NCBI GenBank assembly: GCA_964360535.1
Contig: CAYHXB010000004.1
Span: 1-36,103 of the forward strand
Direction of reading: 5' to 3'
From: an uncultured Candidatus Saccharibacteria bacterium
GTDB taxonomy: Bacteria; Patescibacteriota; Minisyncoccia; UBA6257; 2-01-FULL-56-20
DNA length: 36,103 nucleotides
How positions within the stretch are numbered: the first letter of the stretch is position 1; the number at the start of each line of letters is the position of its first letter. The position numbers and the translations under genes were made by a program. This document shows positions 15,676 to 24,857 of this stretch, in pieces. The notes under the pieces were generated by a model. The model saw nothing but the letters and a program-made list of their open reading frames with translations. It did not search any database and was not told the origin of the DNA.

Positions 15676-16705
15676 ATGGACCTCAAACAGGAACTGGCAG
15701 AACTCAAAACCGAACTTGGCCGCCTCGGCGGCCGTCTTTGACGTCGCCGGCAAGGAAAAACTGAAGAACGAAATTGAAGCCGAAATGTCAAAGGCGGATT
15801 TTTGGTCCGACAGAAAAAACGCCGACGAGAAAATAAAGATATTCGGCGAATTGGACAGCATCACGAAGAAATATCACGAAATAGAAAACGGACTCGAAAC
15901 ACTCGAAAAAAATTTCAACGAAGATTATTTTTACGAAATAAAAAGAAAATTCCGCCAGCTGGAACTGGAAGAACTTTTCAAAGGAAAATACGACAAATCG
16001 CCGGCGGTGATCTCGGTTTATCCCGGAGCCGGAGGCGAAGACGCGGGCGACTGGTCGCTGATGCTTTTTGATATGTACAAAAATTACGCTGTAAAGCGCG
16101 GATGGAAAGTCACGGTTCTGGACGACACTCCCAACCGCAGAACTTTGGAAATAAAAGGGGATTACGCTTTCGGATATCTCAAGGGCGAATACGGAGTTCA
16201 TCGCCTAGTCCGCGTTTCGCCGTTCTCGGCAAAACAATTGAGACATACATCTTTCGCGCTCGTTGAAGTCGCTCCCGTGCTTCCCGCAGTGGACGAATCA
16301 AAAATGGAAATTCCGGAAAACGATTTGAAACTGGAATTTTCGCGCGCCGGAGGGCCGGGCGGACAGAATGTGAACAAAGTGGAAACCGCGGTAAGAATCG
16401 TACACATCCCCACGGGGCTTGCGGCAGGTTCGCGCGCCGAACGCTCGCAGGAACAAAACCGGCAAAAGGCCTTGAGCTTGCTTAAAGGCAAACTCGTGCA
16501 ACTGATGGAAAAGCACAAGGTTGAGGAACTGGCCCATCTTCACGTAAATGTGAAGCCGGAATGGGGCAGCCAGATTCGCTCTTATGTTTTGAATCCCTAT
16601 AAGCTCGTCAAAGACCACAGGACGGAGGTTGAAACAACGCAGGTTGAGGATGTTCTGGCGGGAAATCTTGACCAGTTTATAGAAGCCGAAGTGGAAAAGT
16701 TATAA
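15676..16705 (+). CDS. prfB: Peptide chain release factor 2 with programmed +1 frameshift (join 15676..15738, 15740..16705)
   Basis: ORF0 ([21 protein letters not shown]) ends at CTT TGA C (15736-15742). The +1 frame continues DVAGKEKLK... and carries SPF (RVSPFSA) and GGQ ([15 protein letters not shown]). Confidence 0.92.
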
Positions 16706-16718
16706 TTGAAACAATATC

Positions 16719-18149
16719 ATGGGTTTAAATTTTACCTGGCAAAAAGGGACTATTATTTTCCTGGTAATTCTAATTTTTTCGTCTTTTTATTTCCTTTTTA
16801 ATCTCGGAAAACTGCCGCTCATTGATTGGGACGAAGCAATTTACGCCGATGTGGCCAATAACACTTTAACTAACGGCAATTTTTTCACACTGACGAGGTT
16901 CAATGAGCCATGGTTTGAGAAGCCGCCTCTTTATATCTGGTTGGTTATGGGAAGCATAAAATTGTTCGGTGTTTCCGAATTCTCGTTGCGTCTTCCGTCG
17001 GCGCTGCTTGGCATTGTCGCGGTTGTTATTCTTTATTTTTTGACCCTAGAACTTACCGGCAATGAAATATTGTCGTTTTTTACGGCGCTAATTCTTCTTT
17101 TCTCATCACCTTTTTATCTTTTCGGGAGACAATCCAGAATGGACATTCCCGTTACTGCCGCAATTCTTTTTTCTTTACTGTGCCTTATAAAAGCGAGAAA
17201 AAATGAAAAATGGCTTATAGGTTTTGGAGTAGGGATAGGCATCGGAATACTTTTTAAAAACGTTATCGGATTTCTCGCTTTTCTACCGGCGTTCGCCTAC
17301 AGCGCGATTTATCGTGACTGGAAATGGCTTAAGAAAAAGTACACTTGGCTTGGATTTGGAATAACCGCTTTGATTATTTCCCCTTGGCATATTTATGAAA
17401 CGGCAGTTTTTGAAAGCAAGTTTTGGAATCAATATTTTGTAACTCAGGTTTTCGACAGAGGAATTACGGACATGCAGGGAATGACGACGCTCGATTATCT
17501 CGGCGGACTCTGGAATTCTTATCAGCCGTGGGCATTTGCCGTGGCAGCCCTTATTCCATTTGCGATTTTTAGCCACAAAATACTGCCTTCAATAGAAAAA
17601 TACCGGAAAGAAATGTTTTTTGGTCTTTTAAGCATGACGCTTATTTTTGCTTTTTTCGCCGTTGCCAGCACCAAAATGTTGGCTTACCTTGTTCCGATTT
17701 ATCCGTTCGCGGCAATTTTCATTTCTGCAGGCCTTTATTATTTATTTGAAAGCGCAATTTTTTCCCATCACAAAATCCGCGATTTGCTCCCTTTCTTCTT
17801 AACAGTAATTGTACTTTCGGCATTCGCGTATACATCAAGAGACGCGTTTGTAAACTTGCCTCAATATTATTTCCCTTATGTCTATGACCAAAAAACCATC
17901 GGCAATTATTTGAAGAGCCAGATGGACTCCAATCCTGTTTTTCTTTACAAATGGCAGCCAAGAGAAAGCATGGAATTCTACTCAGGCAGAACAATTAAAA
18001 ACGCCGAGTTCCTGCCTTCCGCAGATAAACCGGGATATCTAATTTTAGTCAGTAATTATGTAGATTCATTTTTGAACGAAAACCCGTCTTATAGGCAGGC
18101 CAGTAAAGCTTATGTAGGGGATTATCTAATCCTGTTGAGGTTGCAGTAA
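16719..18149 (+). CDS. Glycosyltransferase family 39 (ArnT / PMT-like) membrane protein
   Basis: About 12 TM segments, an N-terminal DWDEAIYADVA loop motif, and EKPPL. Confidence 0.75.
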   Translation: MGLNFTWQKGTIIFLVILIFSSFYFLFNLGKLPLIDWDEAIYADVANNTLTNGNFFTLTRFNEPWFEKPPLYIWLVMGSIKLFGVSEFSLRLPSALLGIVAVVILYFLTLELTGNEILSFFTALILLFSSPFYLFGRQSRMDIPVTAAILFSLLCLIKARKNEKWLIGFGVGIGIGILFKNVIGFLAFLPAFAYSAIYRDWKWLKKKYTWLGFGITALIISPWHIYETAVFESKFWNQYFVTQVFDRGITDMQGMTTLDYLGGLWNSYQPWAFAVAALIPFAIFSHKILPSIEKYRKEMFFGLLSMTLIFAFFAVASTKMLAYLVPIYPFAAIFISAGLYYLFESAIFSHHKIRDLLPFFLTVIVLSAFAYTSRDAFVNLPQYYFPYVYDQKTIGNYLKSQMDSNPVFLYKWQPRESMEFYSGRTIKNAEFLPSADKPGYLILVSNYVDSFLNENPSYRQASKAYVGDYLILLRLQ

Positions 18150-18176
18150 AAGCGGATGTTGTATAATTTAAGTTAA

Positions 18177-20804
18177 ATGAAAAAACTTGGGTTTTTCGTA
18201 AGTTTTATGTTTGTCGCGAGTATTTTCATGAATTTCAACGTTGAAAATATTTTTGCGGCCGTACCTCCCCAGCAGCTTAATCACGACGATATAATCGGCT
18301 TTAGCGGATCGCAAAAAATCCTGATTTTAGCCACAACCACAATCAGTTCCGTGGCTTTTTACCTTGGGCCGGACAGCGGCAATTACTGCTGTAGCCAGGC
18401 ATATGTGAAGATATACAGAGATAACAATGACGACATAGGAGATTCGGTCGCCACAAGCACAGAGAGAACCTTCGGACAATATGTCGCGCCGGGCGAGTTC
18501 ATTTTCAATTTCGATTCCTTGATTTCTCTTGAGCCGGGCCTTTATTGGCTGGCGATTAATCACGGACCTTCTCAAAATACGAATGGCATAATAATTTACG
18601 GAAGTTTATCAAATACGTATAACGACGGCTATTGGGGCGCAAATACGTCCAGAGACGCTTATTTCAGATTGGGGATTGTGGAAACTCCGAGAGAACCAGT
18701 TGTTATTGTGCCGGGGATTATGGGGTCGAGGTTGAATAGAGTTTCGAATGGCGAAGAGGTATGGCCGAATGTTTCGCAGATGCGATTTCCCGGAGATACA
18801 TATTTAGACGACCTTCAGCTTTCCACCGGTGGCATACAGATTGCTGGAAAAGAAATGAACGCATCGTCGGCTATTGAAGAAGAGAGCAACAGAATCTTCT
18901 ATAAAAATCTTATACATAACCTTATCGGCTATACGGAAAATGTAAACCTTTTTGTGGTTCCTTACGACTGGCGGCTGGACATCCAAAGTCAAATTAACAA
19001 ACTTGATTCGGTTGTATCCCAGGCCATAGCTGCTTCTACCGACGGCAAAATAAATATAATCGCGCACAGTATGGGAGGGCTTTTAACTAGAGATTACCTC
19101 GTCGCCACTTCCAGTTCACAATTTTTGGATAAGCTGATACTTCTCGGGACGCCGAATTTGGGAGCGCCAAAGATAGCTAAAATTATAAATTATGGCGATG
19201 ACTTAGATTTCAAAATAAATCTCGGATTGTTTGATGTTGGTATTCTTAATACTGACGAAGCCAAGAAAATATCACAAAATATGCCGGCTGTCTACGAGCT
19301 CTTGCCGAGCAGGAATTATTTTTCGGCTATCGGCTCCTACATTGATGATTTCAGTTCTGGCACGGACAATTTTTTGAACTATGACGAAACTAAACAGTTT
19401 CTCATAAACCAGGGCAGGAATAGCGAACTTCTCGCCCTTGCCGACGCTTACCATGTCAGGGATTCAACATCTATTAACGCCCCGAAAATCTATAATATAG
19501 TCGGCTGCGAAAATTTCAATACCATCGGCGGCTTCCTTGTTTATCCGGACGGCAGATATGATTTGGGTTATACAGATGGCGATGGCACGGTTCCCTTCGG
19601 AAGCGCGAACAGCATTTCGAGCACAACTCTTACTTATTACGCCCCGTTTGACACCACGGGAGTTGACCATTTGGGATTAGTGAAAGATTCCAATATCCTT
19701 AATATCATAGATAACATCTTAAACGACAATCCTCTTTTTTCTTCTGGTAACGTATCGCGAGATGCGACACCTTGCACGCAAGGGAGTCCGAACGCGATTA
19801 TTTTTGAAACACATTCTCCGGTGAGTTTGAGCGTCTATGATTCTCAAAATCGGCATCTCGGTCCCACGTCAAGCGGCACGATTGAATTCGGTATCCCGGG
19901 AGCTAGTTACGATGTCATAGAGCACAACAGTTTTGTGCGAGTTCCCGAGGGAGATACATATAGAGTGGTTATCAACGGTACGGCTTCCGGCACCGCTGAG
20001 TTTGATATTAAATCCGCAAGCGGCGCAACTATTACCAATAAAGCCGTTTATCAGAATATTCCTATCACTGGCAATCAAACTGTGGCAAACGCCATTTTCA
20101 GCGGTTTCCAAGGCGATTTAACCCTCAATTTGGATAGTAATGGCGACGGTGTTACCGATTCTAATATACAACCAAGTGCAGTGCTTTCGGGAAGCCAAAG
20201 CGCGGACATAACTCCGCCGATGCTAATCATGCCTCTATTGGCATCCACGACAATACTGAATGCCACTGCTACATTGTCTTTTAGCGCTACAGATTCGGAA
20301 TCGGGAGTCGCGTCTGTAATGGCTACATTAAATGGAGTAGGCGTTACTAACGGCCAAACTATTGCTTTTAGCAAGCTTGGTGACAATGTTTTTACACTAA
20401 AAGCCGTGGATAATGCGGGCAATCCAAGGGTACATGAATTGCGTTTTTCGGTTGTATACAATTTTTCCGGCTTCCTCCCGCCAGTTAAAATTGACAATTC
20501 AGGTCTTTATAAACTTGGCAGGACGCTTCCAGTCAAATTCCAACTTACTGATGCCAGTGGCAGTTTTATTTCTTCCGCATCTGCCCAACTTTTCGTCGCA
20601 AAGATACAGGATAATACTGTGGGTACTGATGAAATCGCGCTCTCAACGGGTAATGCTGATAACGGGAATAACTTCCGATATGACTCAACAAGTCATCAAT
20701 ATATATTCAATCTTTATACAGGGACATTGTCCGTTGGTAAGTGGCAACTAAAGGTCGTTCTTGACGACGGCAAAAATTATACCGTCAAAATATTGATAAA
20801 ATGA
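18177..20804 (+). CDS. Large secreted alpha/beta-hydrolase of the LCAT / PDAT-like lipase family with C-terminal Ig-like beta-rich domains
   Basis: Signal peptide; PVVIVPGIMGSRLN; VPYDWRLD; nucleophile elbow IIAHSMGG; DGDGTVP. The long C-terminus is rich in beta-strand repeats. Confidence 0.7.
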   Translation: MKKLGFFVSFMFVASIFMNFNVENIFAAVPPQQLNHDDIIGFSGSQKILILATTTISSVAFYLGPDSGNYCCSQAYVKIYRDNNDDIGDSVATSTERTFGQYVAPGEFIFNFDSLISLEPGLYWLAINHGPSQNTNGIIIYGSLSNTYNDGYWGANTSRDAYFRLGIVETPREPVVIVPGIMGSRLNRVSNGEEVWPNVSQMRFPGDTYLDDLQLSTGGIQIAGKEMNASSAIEEESNRIFYKNLIHNLIGYTENVNLFVVPYDWRLDIQSQINKLDSVVSQAIAASTDGKINIIAHSMGGLLTRDYLVATSSSQFLDKLILLGTPNLGAPKIAKIINYGDDLDFKINLGLFDVGILNTDEAKKISQNMPAVYELLPSRNYFSAIGSYIDDFSSGTDNFLNYDETKQFLINQGRNSELLALADAYHVRDSTSINAPKIYNIVGCENFNTIGGFLVYPDGRYDLGYTDGDGTVPFGSANSISSTTLTYYAPFDTTGVDHLGLVKDSNILNIIDNILNDNPLFSSGNVSRDATPCTQGSPNAIIFETHSPVSLSVYDSQNRHLGPTSSGTIEFGIPGASYDVIEHNSFVRVPEGDTYRVVINGTASGTAEFDIKSASGATITNKAVYQNIPITGNQTVANAIFSGFQGDLTLNLDSNGDGVTDSNIQPSAVLSGSQSADITPPMLIMPLLASTTILNATATLSFSATDSESGVASVMATLNGVGVTNGQTIAFSKLGDNVFTLKAVDNAGNPRVHELRFSVVYNFSGFLPPVKIDNSGLYKLGRTLPVKFQLTDASGSFISSASAQLFVAKIQDNTVGTDEIALSTGNADNGNNFRYDSTSHQYIFNLYTGTLSVGKWQLKVVLDDGKNYTVKILIK

Positions 20805-21166
20805 AAAAGTACATTCTTTGTCTTGTTATTGGATTCTTTATTGGCCTAGTTATTTTTTTCGGGTCGATAGTAACGGGGGAATTGGGCGTTATTGGGGGCG
20901 GATTTGTTATAGATTTCTTTGAACACGTTCTAAATTTTTCTCCAAGTAGCTTATCTGCGATTTATCTTGAGAACGCATCTTACTCATTGATTCTTGGTCT
21001 CATCTCTGCCATCGTTTATAGTATGATTCTCATAATGAAAAAATCGAAGACAACCTTTTCTTTTCTTTTCTTTTCTTTTCTTTTCTTTTCTTTGGGAATC
21101 TATATACCATCTCTTCTTTTCACTTGGGCTTTTTTGGCTGCATTATCGCATGGGCAGATAGGATAA
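20801..21166 (+). CDS. Hypothetical small membrane protein containing a pentanucleotide repeat
   Basis: ATGA overlap with the upstream gene. Four hydrophobic segments. An internal FSFLFFSFLFFS stretch is encoded by (CTTTT)n. Confidence 0.5.
   Translation: MKKYILCLVIGFFIGLVIFFGSIVTGELGVIGGGFVIDFFEHVLNFSPSSLSAIYLENASYSLILGLISAIVYSMILIMKKSKTTFSFLFFSFLFFSLGIYIPSLLFTWAFLAALSHGQIG
21055..21093 (+). repeat. Pentanucleotide microsatellite (CTTTT) x 7.8 inside a CDS
   Basis: Counted directly: seven full CTTTT units from 21055 plus CTTT. Confidence 0.9.
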
Positions 21167-21289
21167 TACACAAGCCCGCATGGAAGCGGAAAAGTTATAA
21201 CCAGGTTGATAAATTTGGTAAAATCAGGTTATAATATGCAGGCAAATTACTTCTAGATTCTATTTTCTAGCTTCTAAATTCTATCCCAT

Positions 21290-21973
21290 ATGATTGCTTT
21301 CCAATCGGTCTCTAAAATTTACAACAACCACGGGGCGGCCCTGGAAGACGTCAATTTCAGGATAAACCCTGGCGAATTCGTTTCGCTGGTGGGGCGTTCC
21401 GGCGCCGGAAAATCCACGGTTATCAAGCTTCTGATAGGCGAAGACAGGCCGACAAAAGGGCGCATATTTTTCGGCCAGTACGAAGTCAGCAAGCTTGGCG
21501 ACCACGAACTCCCGCTTTTCAGGAGGCACATCGGCATCGTTTTCCAGGATTTCCGCCTTTTGTCCAACAAGAACGCTTTTGAGAATGTGGCTTTCGCCAT
21601 GGAAGCCGCCGCGCGGCCGCAAAGCGAAATAAAAGAAATGGTCCCGCAGGTTCTGGAGATGGTGGGGCTTAGCGACAAGTTTAAAAACTTTCCGCACGAA
21701 CTTTCCGGAGGCGAGCAGCAGAGAGTAGCCATAGCCCGCGCCATGGTCAATCGTCCGGAAGTCATCATCGCCGACGAGCCGACCGGAAATCTGGACCCAT
21801 TCCACACTTCGGAAATCATCAATCTTCTCAAGAAAATCAACGAGCTCGGCACAACGCTGATTCTGGCAACTCACGACAAAAACATAATCAACGGCCTGGA
21901 GAAAAGGGTCATAACGCTGGACAGGGGGAAGGTCATCAGGGATGAGGAAAAGGGAAAGTATATATTGGTATAA
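21290..21973 (+). CDS. ftsE: Cell division ATP-binding protein FtsE
   Basis: Walker A GRSGAGKST, ABC signature LSGGEQQRVAIARA, Walker B IIADEPTGNLD. Followed by ftsX. Confidence 0.9.
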   Translation: MIAFQSVSKIYNNHGAALEDVNFRINPGEFVSLVGRSGAGKSTVIKLLIGEDRPTKGRIFFGQYEVSKLGDHELPLFRRHIGIVFQDFRLLSNKNAFENVAFAMEAAARPQSEIKEMVPQVLEMVGLSDKFKNFPHELSGGEQQRVAIARAMVNRPEVIIADEPTGNLDPFHTSEIINLLKKINELGTTLILATHDKNIINGLEKRVITLDRGKVIRDEEKGKYILV

Positions 21974-21981
21974 TAAAAACA

Positions 21982-22890
21982 ATGTTCACCATCATTTCAA
22001 GAATAATACAATTCGGAACGAAGAACTTCTGGAGGAACGGATGGCTGTCCGTCACGACTGTCGCCATCATGGTTTTGGCGCTGCTTGTTTCCATGGGGTT
22101 GATGATTTTTGGATACATTACCGACCAAGCCGTGGCTTCCATTCAGGACAAAATAGACATCAGCGTTTATTTCAAAACCAACGCTCCCGAAGACGAAATA
22201 CTGAACATCAAGACATCTCTTGAGAACATGGCCGAGGTCAAGAACGTTGAATACATTTCAAGCGACAAAGCGCTGGAGATTTTCAAAGCCAAACACAGCG
22301 ACGACCAGACCATCGTCCAGGCAATCAACGAACTCAACAGTAATCCGCTTGAGGCCTCGCTTAACATAAAAGCAAAAGAATCAAGACAATACGCCATTAT
22401 CGCCGAATATTTCAACACGCCGGATTTGAAACAGCTCGTTGACAGCGTAAGCTATGCCAAAAATCAGGTGGCCATAGACAGGTTGGGCGCTATCGTGCAG
22501 AACGTCGCGCGCGGAGGATTCATTCTGACCATAGTCATGGCAATTATCGCGGGACTTGTCGTTTTCAATACCATCCGTTTGGCAATTTATTCCGGCCGCG
22601 ACGAAATCGGCATAATGCGAGCCGTGGGAGCTTCAAACGGCTTGGTGCGCGGCCCGTTCATGGTAGAGGGAGTAATAAGCGGAGTTGCCGCCGCCATTTT
22701 GAGCGTAATAGTTTCCATGCCTATGGCTTATTCCGTTTCGCCGTATATCGCCTCGTTCGTGCCGGGTCTGGACGTTTTCGGCTACTTTATAGCTAATATT
22801 TTAAGGTTAACAACCTACCAGATTCTATTCGCCGTCGTAATAGGAGGGTTTTCAAGCTTCATAGCCGTAAAGCGTTATCTCAAAAACTGA
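21982..22890 (+). CDS. ftsX: Cell division permease-like protein FtsX
   Basis: One N-terminal TM helix, an extracytoplasmic domain, then three C-terminal TM helices including the IGIMRAVGA motif. Confidence 0.85.
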   Translation: MFTIISRIIQFGTKNFWRNGWLSVTTVAIMVLALLVSMGLMIFGYITDQAVASIQDKIDISVYFKTNAPEDEILNIKTSLENMAEVKNVEYISSDKALEIFKAKHSDDQTIVQAINELNSNPLEASLNIKAKESRQYAIIAEYFNTPDLKQLVDSVSYAKNQVAIDRLGAIVQNVARGGFILTIVMAIIAGLVVFNTIRLAIYSGRDEIGIMRAVGASNGLVRGPFMVEGVISGVAAAILSVIVSMPMAYSVSPYIASFVPGLDVFGYFIANILRLTTYQILFAVVIGGFSSFIAVKRYLKN

Positions 22891-22929
22891 TTTTCGCCAG
22901 GTTTATTTGGAACTAAATACAATTTCCAC

Positions 22930-23436
22930 ATGAGATCGCGCCGAGAGATATCAACTTCCCGTTTAAGAAATTTTGTTTTCGGCGTTGAGGACAGCTTGGT
23001 TTCAACCGTGGGACTGCTTTCGGGCATTGCCATTGCGAATACTCCATCACGCATAATTTTTTTGACTGGCGCCGTTCTGATATTCGTCGAGGCTTTTTCG
23101 ATGGCAATAGGAGCCTTTCTTTCCGAAAGCTCGGCTGATGAATATGCAACACGCGTCAATGCTTCTTCCGCGCAAAACGCCCTTGATGGCGCAATAATGT
23201 TTTTGTCGTATTTCATCTCCGGTTTCGTGCCGCTTTTTCCTTATATGATTTTTCCCGTATCTTCCGCTTTATGGATTTCAATAACGCTTTCGCTTTGCGC
23301 ATTGTTTCTGCTCGGCGCCACCGTGGGCAGATTCGCTCATTTAGGCATTTTGCGCGGAGGTTTACGCATGTGCGTTATCGGCGGCCTGGCAATCCTGGCA
23401 GGTTCGGCGATAGGCGGATTTTTGAATAAGTTTTAA
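22930..23436 (+). CDS. VIT1/CCC1-family (iron/manganese) transporter-like membrane protein
   Basis: FGVEDSLVSTVGLLSGIA and FVEAFSMAIGAFLSE are typical VIT-family helices. The form is short (168 aa). Confidence 0.65.
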   Translation: MRSRREISTSRLRNFVFGVEDSLVSTVGLLSGIAIANTPSRIIFLTGAVLIFVEAFSMAIGAFLSESSADEYATRVNASSAQNALDGAIMFLSYFISGFVPLFPYMIFPVSSALWISITLSLCALFLLGATVGRFAHLGILRGGLRMCVIGGLAILAGSAIGGFLNKF

Positions 23437-23516
23437 AAAAATTCCTACATCATTTTTATATGTCAACCCGCCCGGGACCGATTTCCCGATTTTTATCAGG
23501 CAAATTTTCTGCGGTG

Positions 23517-23605
23517 TGTTATAATCAGTAGCGAGGAGTGAAGTGAAAGTTTAGTAATTTCCACTTCAGCCGAACGCCCTGATTAATGAAGCGGAGCTTC
23601 ATATA
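23517..23605 (+). promoter_or_regulatory. Pilus-associated structured repeat, copy 1 (extended -10 TGTTATAAT plus conserved hairpin module) upstream of pilB
   Basis: TATAATCAGTAGCGAGGAGT-[stem-loop]-AGCCGAACGCCCTGATTAATGA-[ATGAAGC-GGA-GCTTCAT]-ATAAT aligns with 28731-28812 and 28813-28901. Confidence 0.7.
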
Positions 23606-23624
23606 ATTAACCAAACATAAAACA

Positions 23625-24857
23625 ATGCGCGACATAAAAGCTCTCAAAACGCTGATTGAAAGCAAGCTCGGCAAAAAAATGGAATCCACTTCAGTTGTGG
23701 AATTCGTGGATCTTTTCATAGAATACGCTTACAGTTCCAAATCTTCGGACATACACATAGAGCCGGCAGCGGAAATAGTGAGAATCCGCTTCCGCGTTGA
23801 CGGCATGCTTCGTGACATTCTTGAAAAAGGAGTTCCGAAAACTTTGCACCAGGAAATAATCACACGCATCAAAGTGCTTGCCGGCCTGCGCACCGACGAG
23901 CATCTTTTGCCCCAGGATGGCCGCTTCAGGACGAAAATAGAAGGATTTGGCGAAGTGGATGTCCGCGTTTCAATAATGCCGACATACCACGGCGAAAACG
24001 CGGTTTTGAGAATTCTTGCCGAAACAAGAGCGTACGACCTCAACAGCTTGGGTTTCTCAAAAAGCGATTTGGAAAAAGTAAAGCGCGCCATAATCAAGCC
24101 CTACGGCATGATTCTCGCCAACGGCCCGACTGGTTCCGGCAAAACAACCACGCTTTACACAATTTTGAAAACTCTTAACAGGCCGGAAGTTTCCGTAATA
24201 ACGATTGAAGACCCGATAGAATATTCGCTGGAAGGAACCAACCAGATTCAGGTGGACAACAAAGCCGGACTGACGTTCGCCAACGGCCTGAGGTCAATTT
24301 TGCGGCAAGACCCGAACATCGTAATGGTCGGAGAAATACGCGATACGGAAACGGCGGACATCGCTGTCAATGCGTCTTTGACCGGCCACCTCGTTTTATC
24401 CACGCTTCACACGAATGACGCCGCCACGACTTTCCCCCGCCTGATTGATATGGGAGTGCCACCGTTCCTTGCGGCCTCTACGGTGAATATCGCCATGGGG
24501 CAGAGATTGGTGAGAACAATCTGCCAGAATTGCAAAAAGGAACGCACCCTCAACGATGAAGAACTGGCAAGCTTGAAAGAATTGATTCCGGACGTAAGCG
24601 ATAAAACAAAAACTTTTTATATCGGCGCCGGATGCGAAAAATGCGGCAATTCCGGCTATGAGGGCAGAATAGGCATCCGCGAAGTTTTGGAAATTACCGA
24701 CAAAATACGCGACCTTATAATGTCGCGCGCAAACGCGACCCAGATAAAAGACGAGGCCGTAAAGAACGGAATGACAACTATGCTTCAGGACGGCTTGGAT
24801 AAAGCCAAGCAAGGAATCACGACCATAGAAGAAGTTTTGAGGATTATTCATGAATAA
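23625..24857 (+). CDS. pilB: Type IV pilus assembly ATPase (PilB/GspE family), short form
   Basis: Walker A GPTGSGKTTT, Asp box, Walker B MVGEIRD, His box LSTLHTND, and a tetracysteine CxxC...CxxC motif. Confidence 0.9.
   Translation: MRDIKALKTLIESKLGKKMESTSVVEFVDLFIEYAYSSKSSDIHIEPAAEIVRIRFRVDGMLRDILEKGVPKTLHQEIITRIKVLAGLRTDEHLLPQDGRFRTKIEGFGEVDVRVSIMPTYHGENAVLRILAETRAYDLNSLGFSKSDLEKVKRAIIKPYGMILANGPTGSGKTTTLYTILKTLNRPEVSVITIEDPIEYSLEGTNQIQVDNKAGLTFANGLRSILRQDPNIVMVGEIRDTETADIAVNASLTGHLVLSTLHTNDAATTFPRLIDMGVPPFLAASTVNIAMGQRLVRTICQNCKKERTLNDEELASLKELIPDVSDKTKTFYIGAGCEKCGNSGYEGRIGIREVLEITDKIRDLIMSRANATQIKDEAVKNGMTTMLQDGLDKAKQGITTIEEVLRIIHE

Noticed and set aside
21281-21982. 233-aa and 177-aa minus-strand ORFs
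   Set aside because: They are antisense to ftsE, which has Walker A, Walker B and ABC signature motifs on the plus strand.
23560-23605. Hammerhead-like CUGAUGA/GAAA core in the pilus leader (CTGATTAATGA...)
   Set aside because: The sequence is CUGAUUAAUGA, not CUGANGA followed by a stem II and a GAAA box. The required three-stem junction cannot be drawn.
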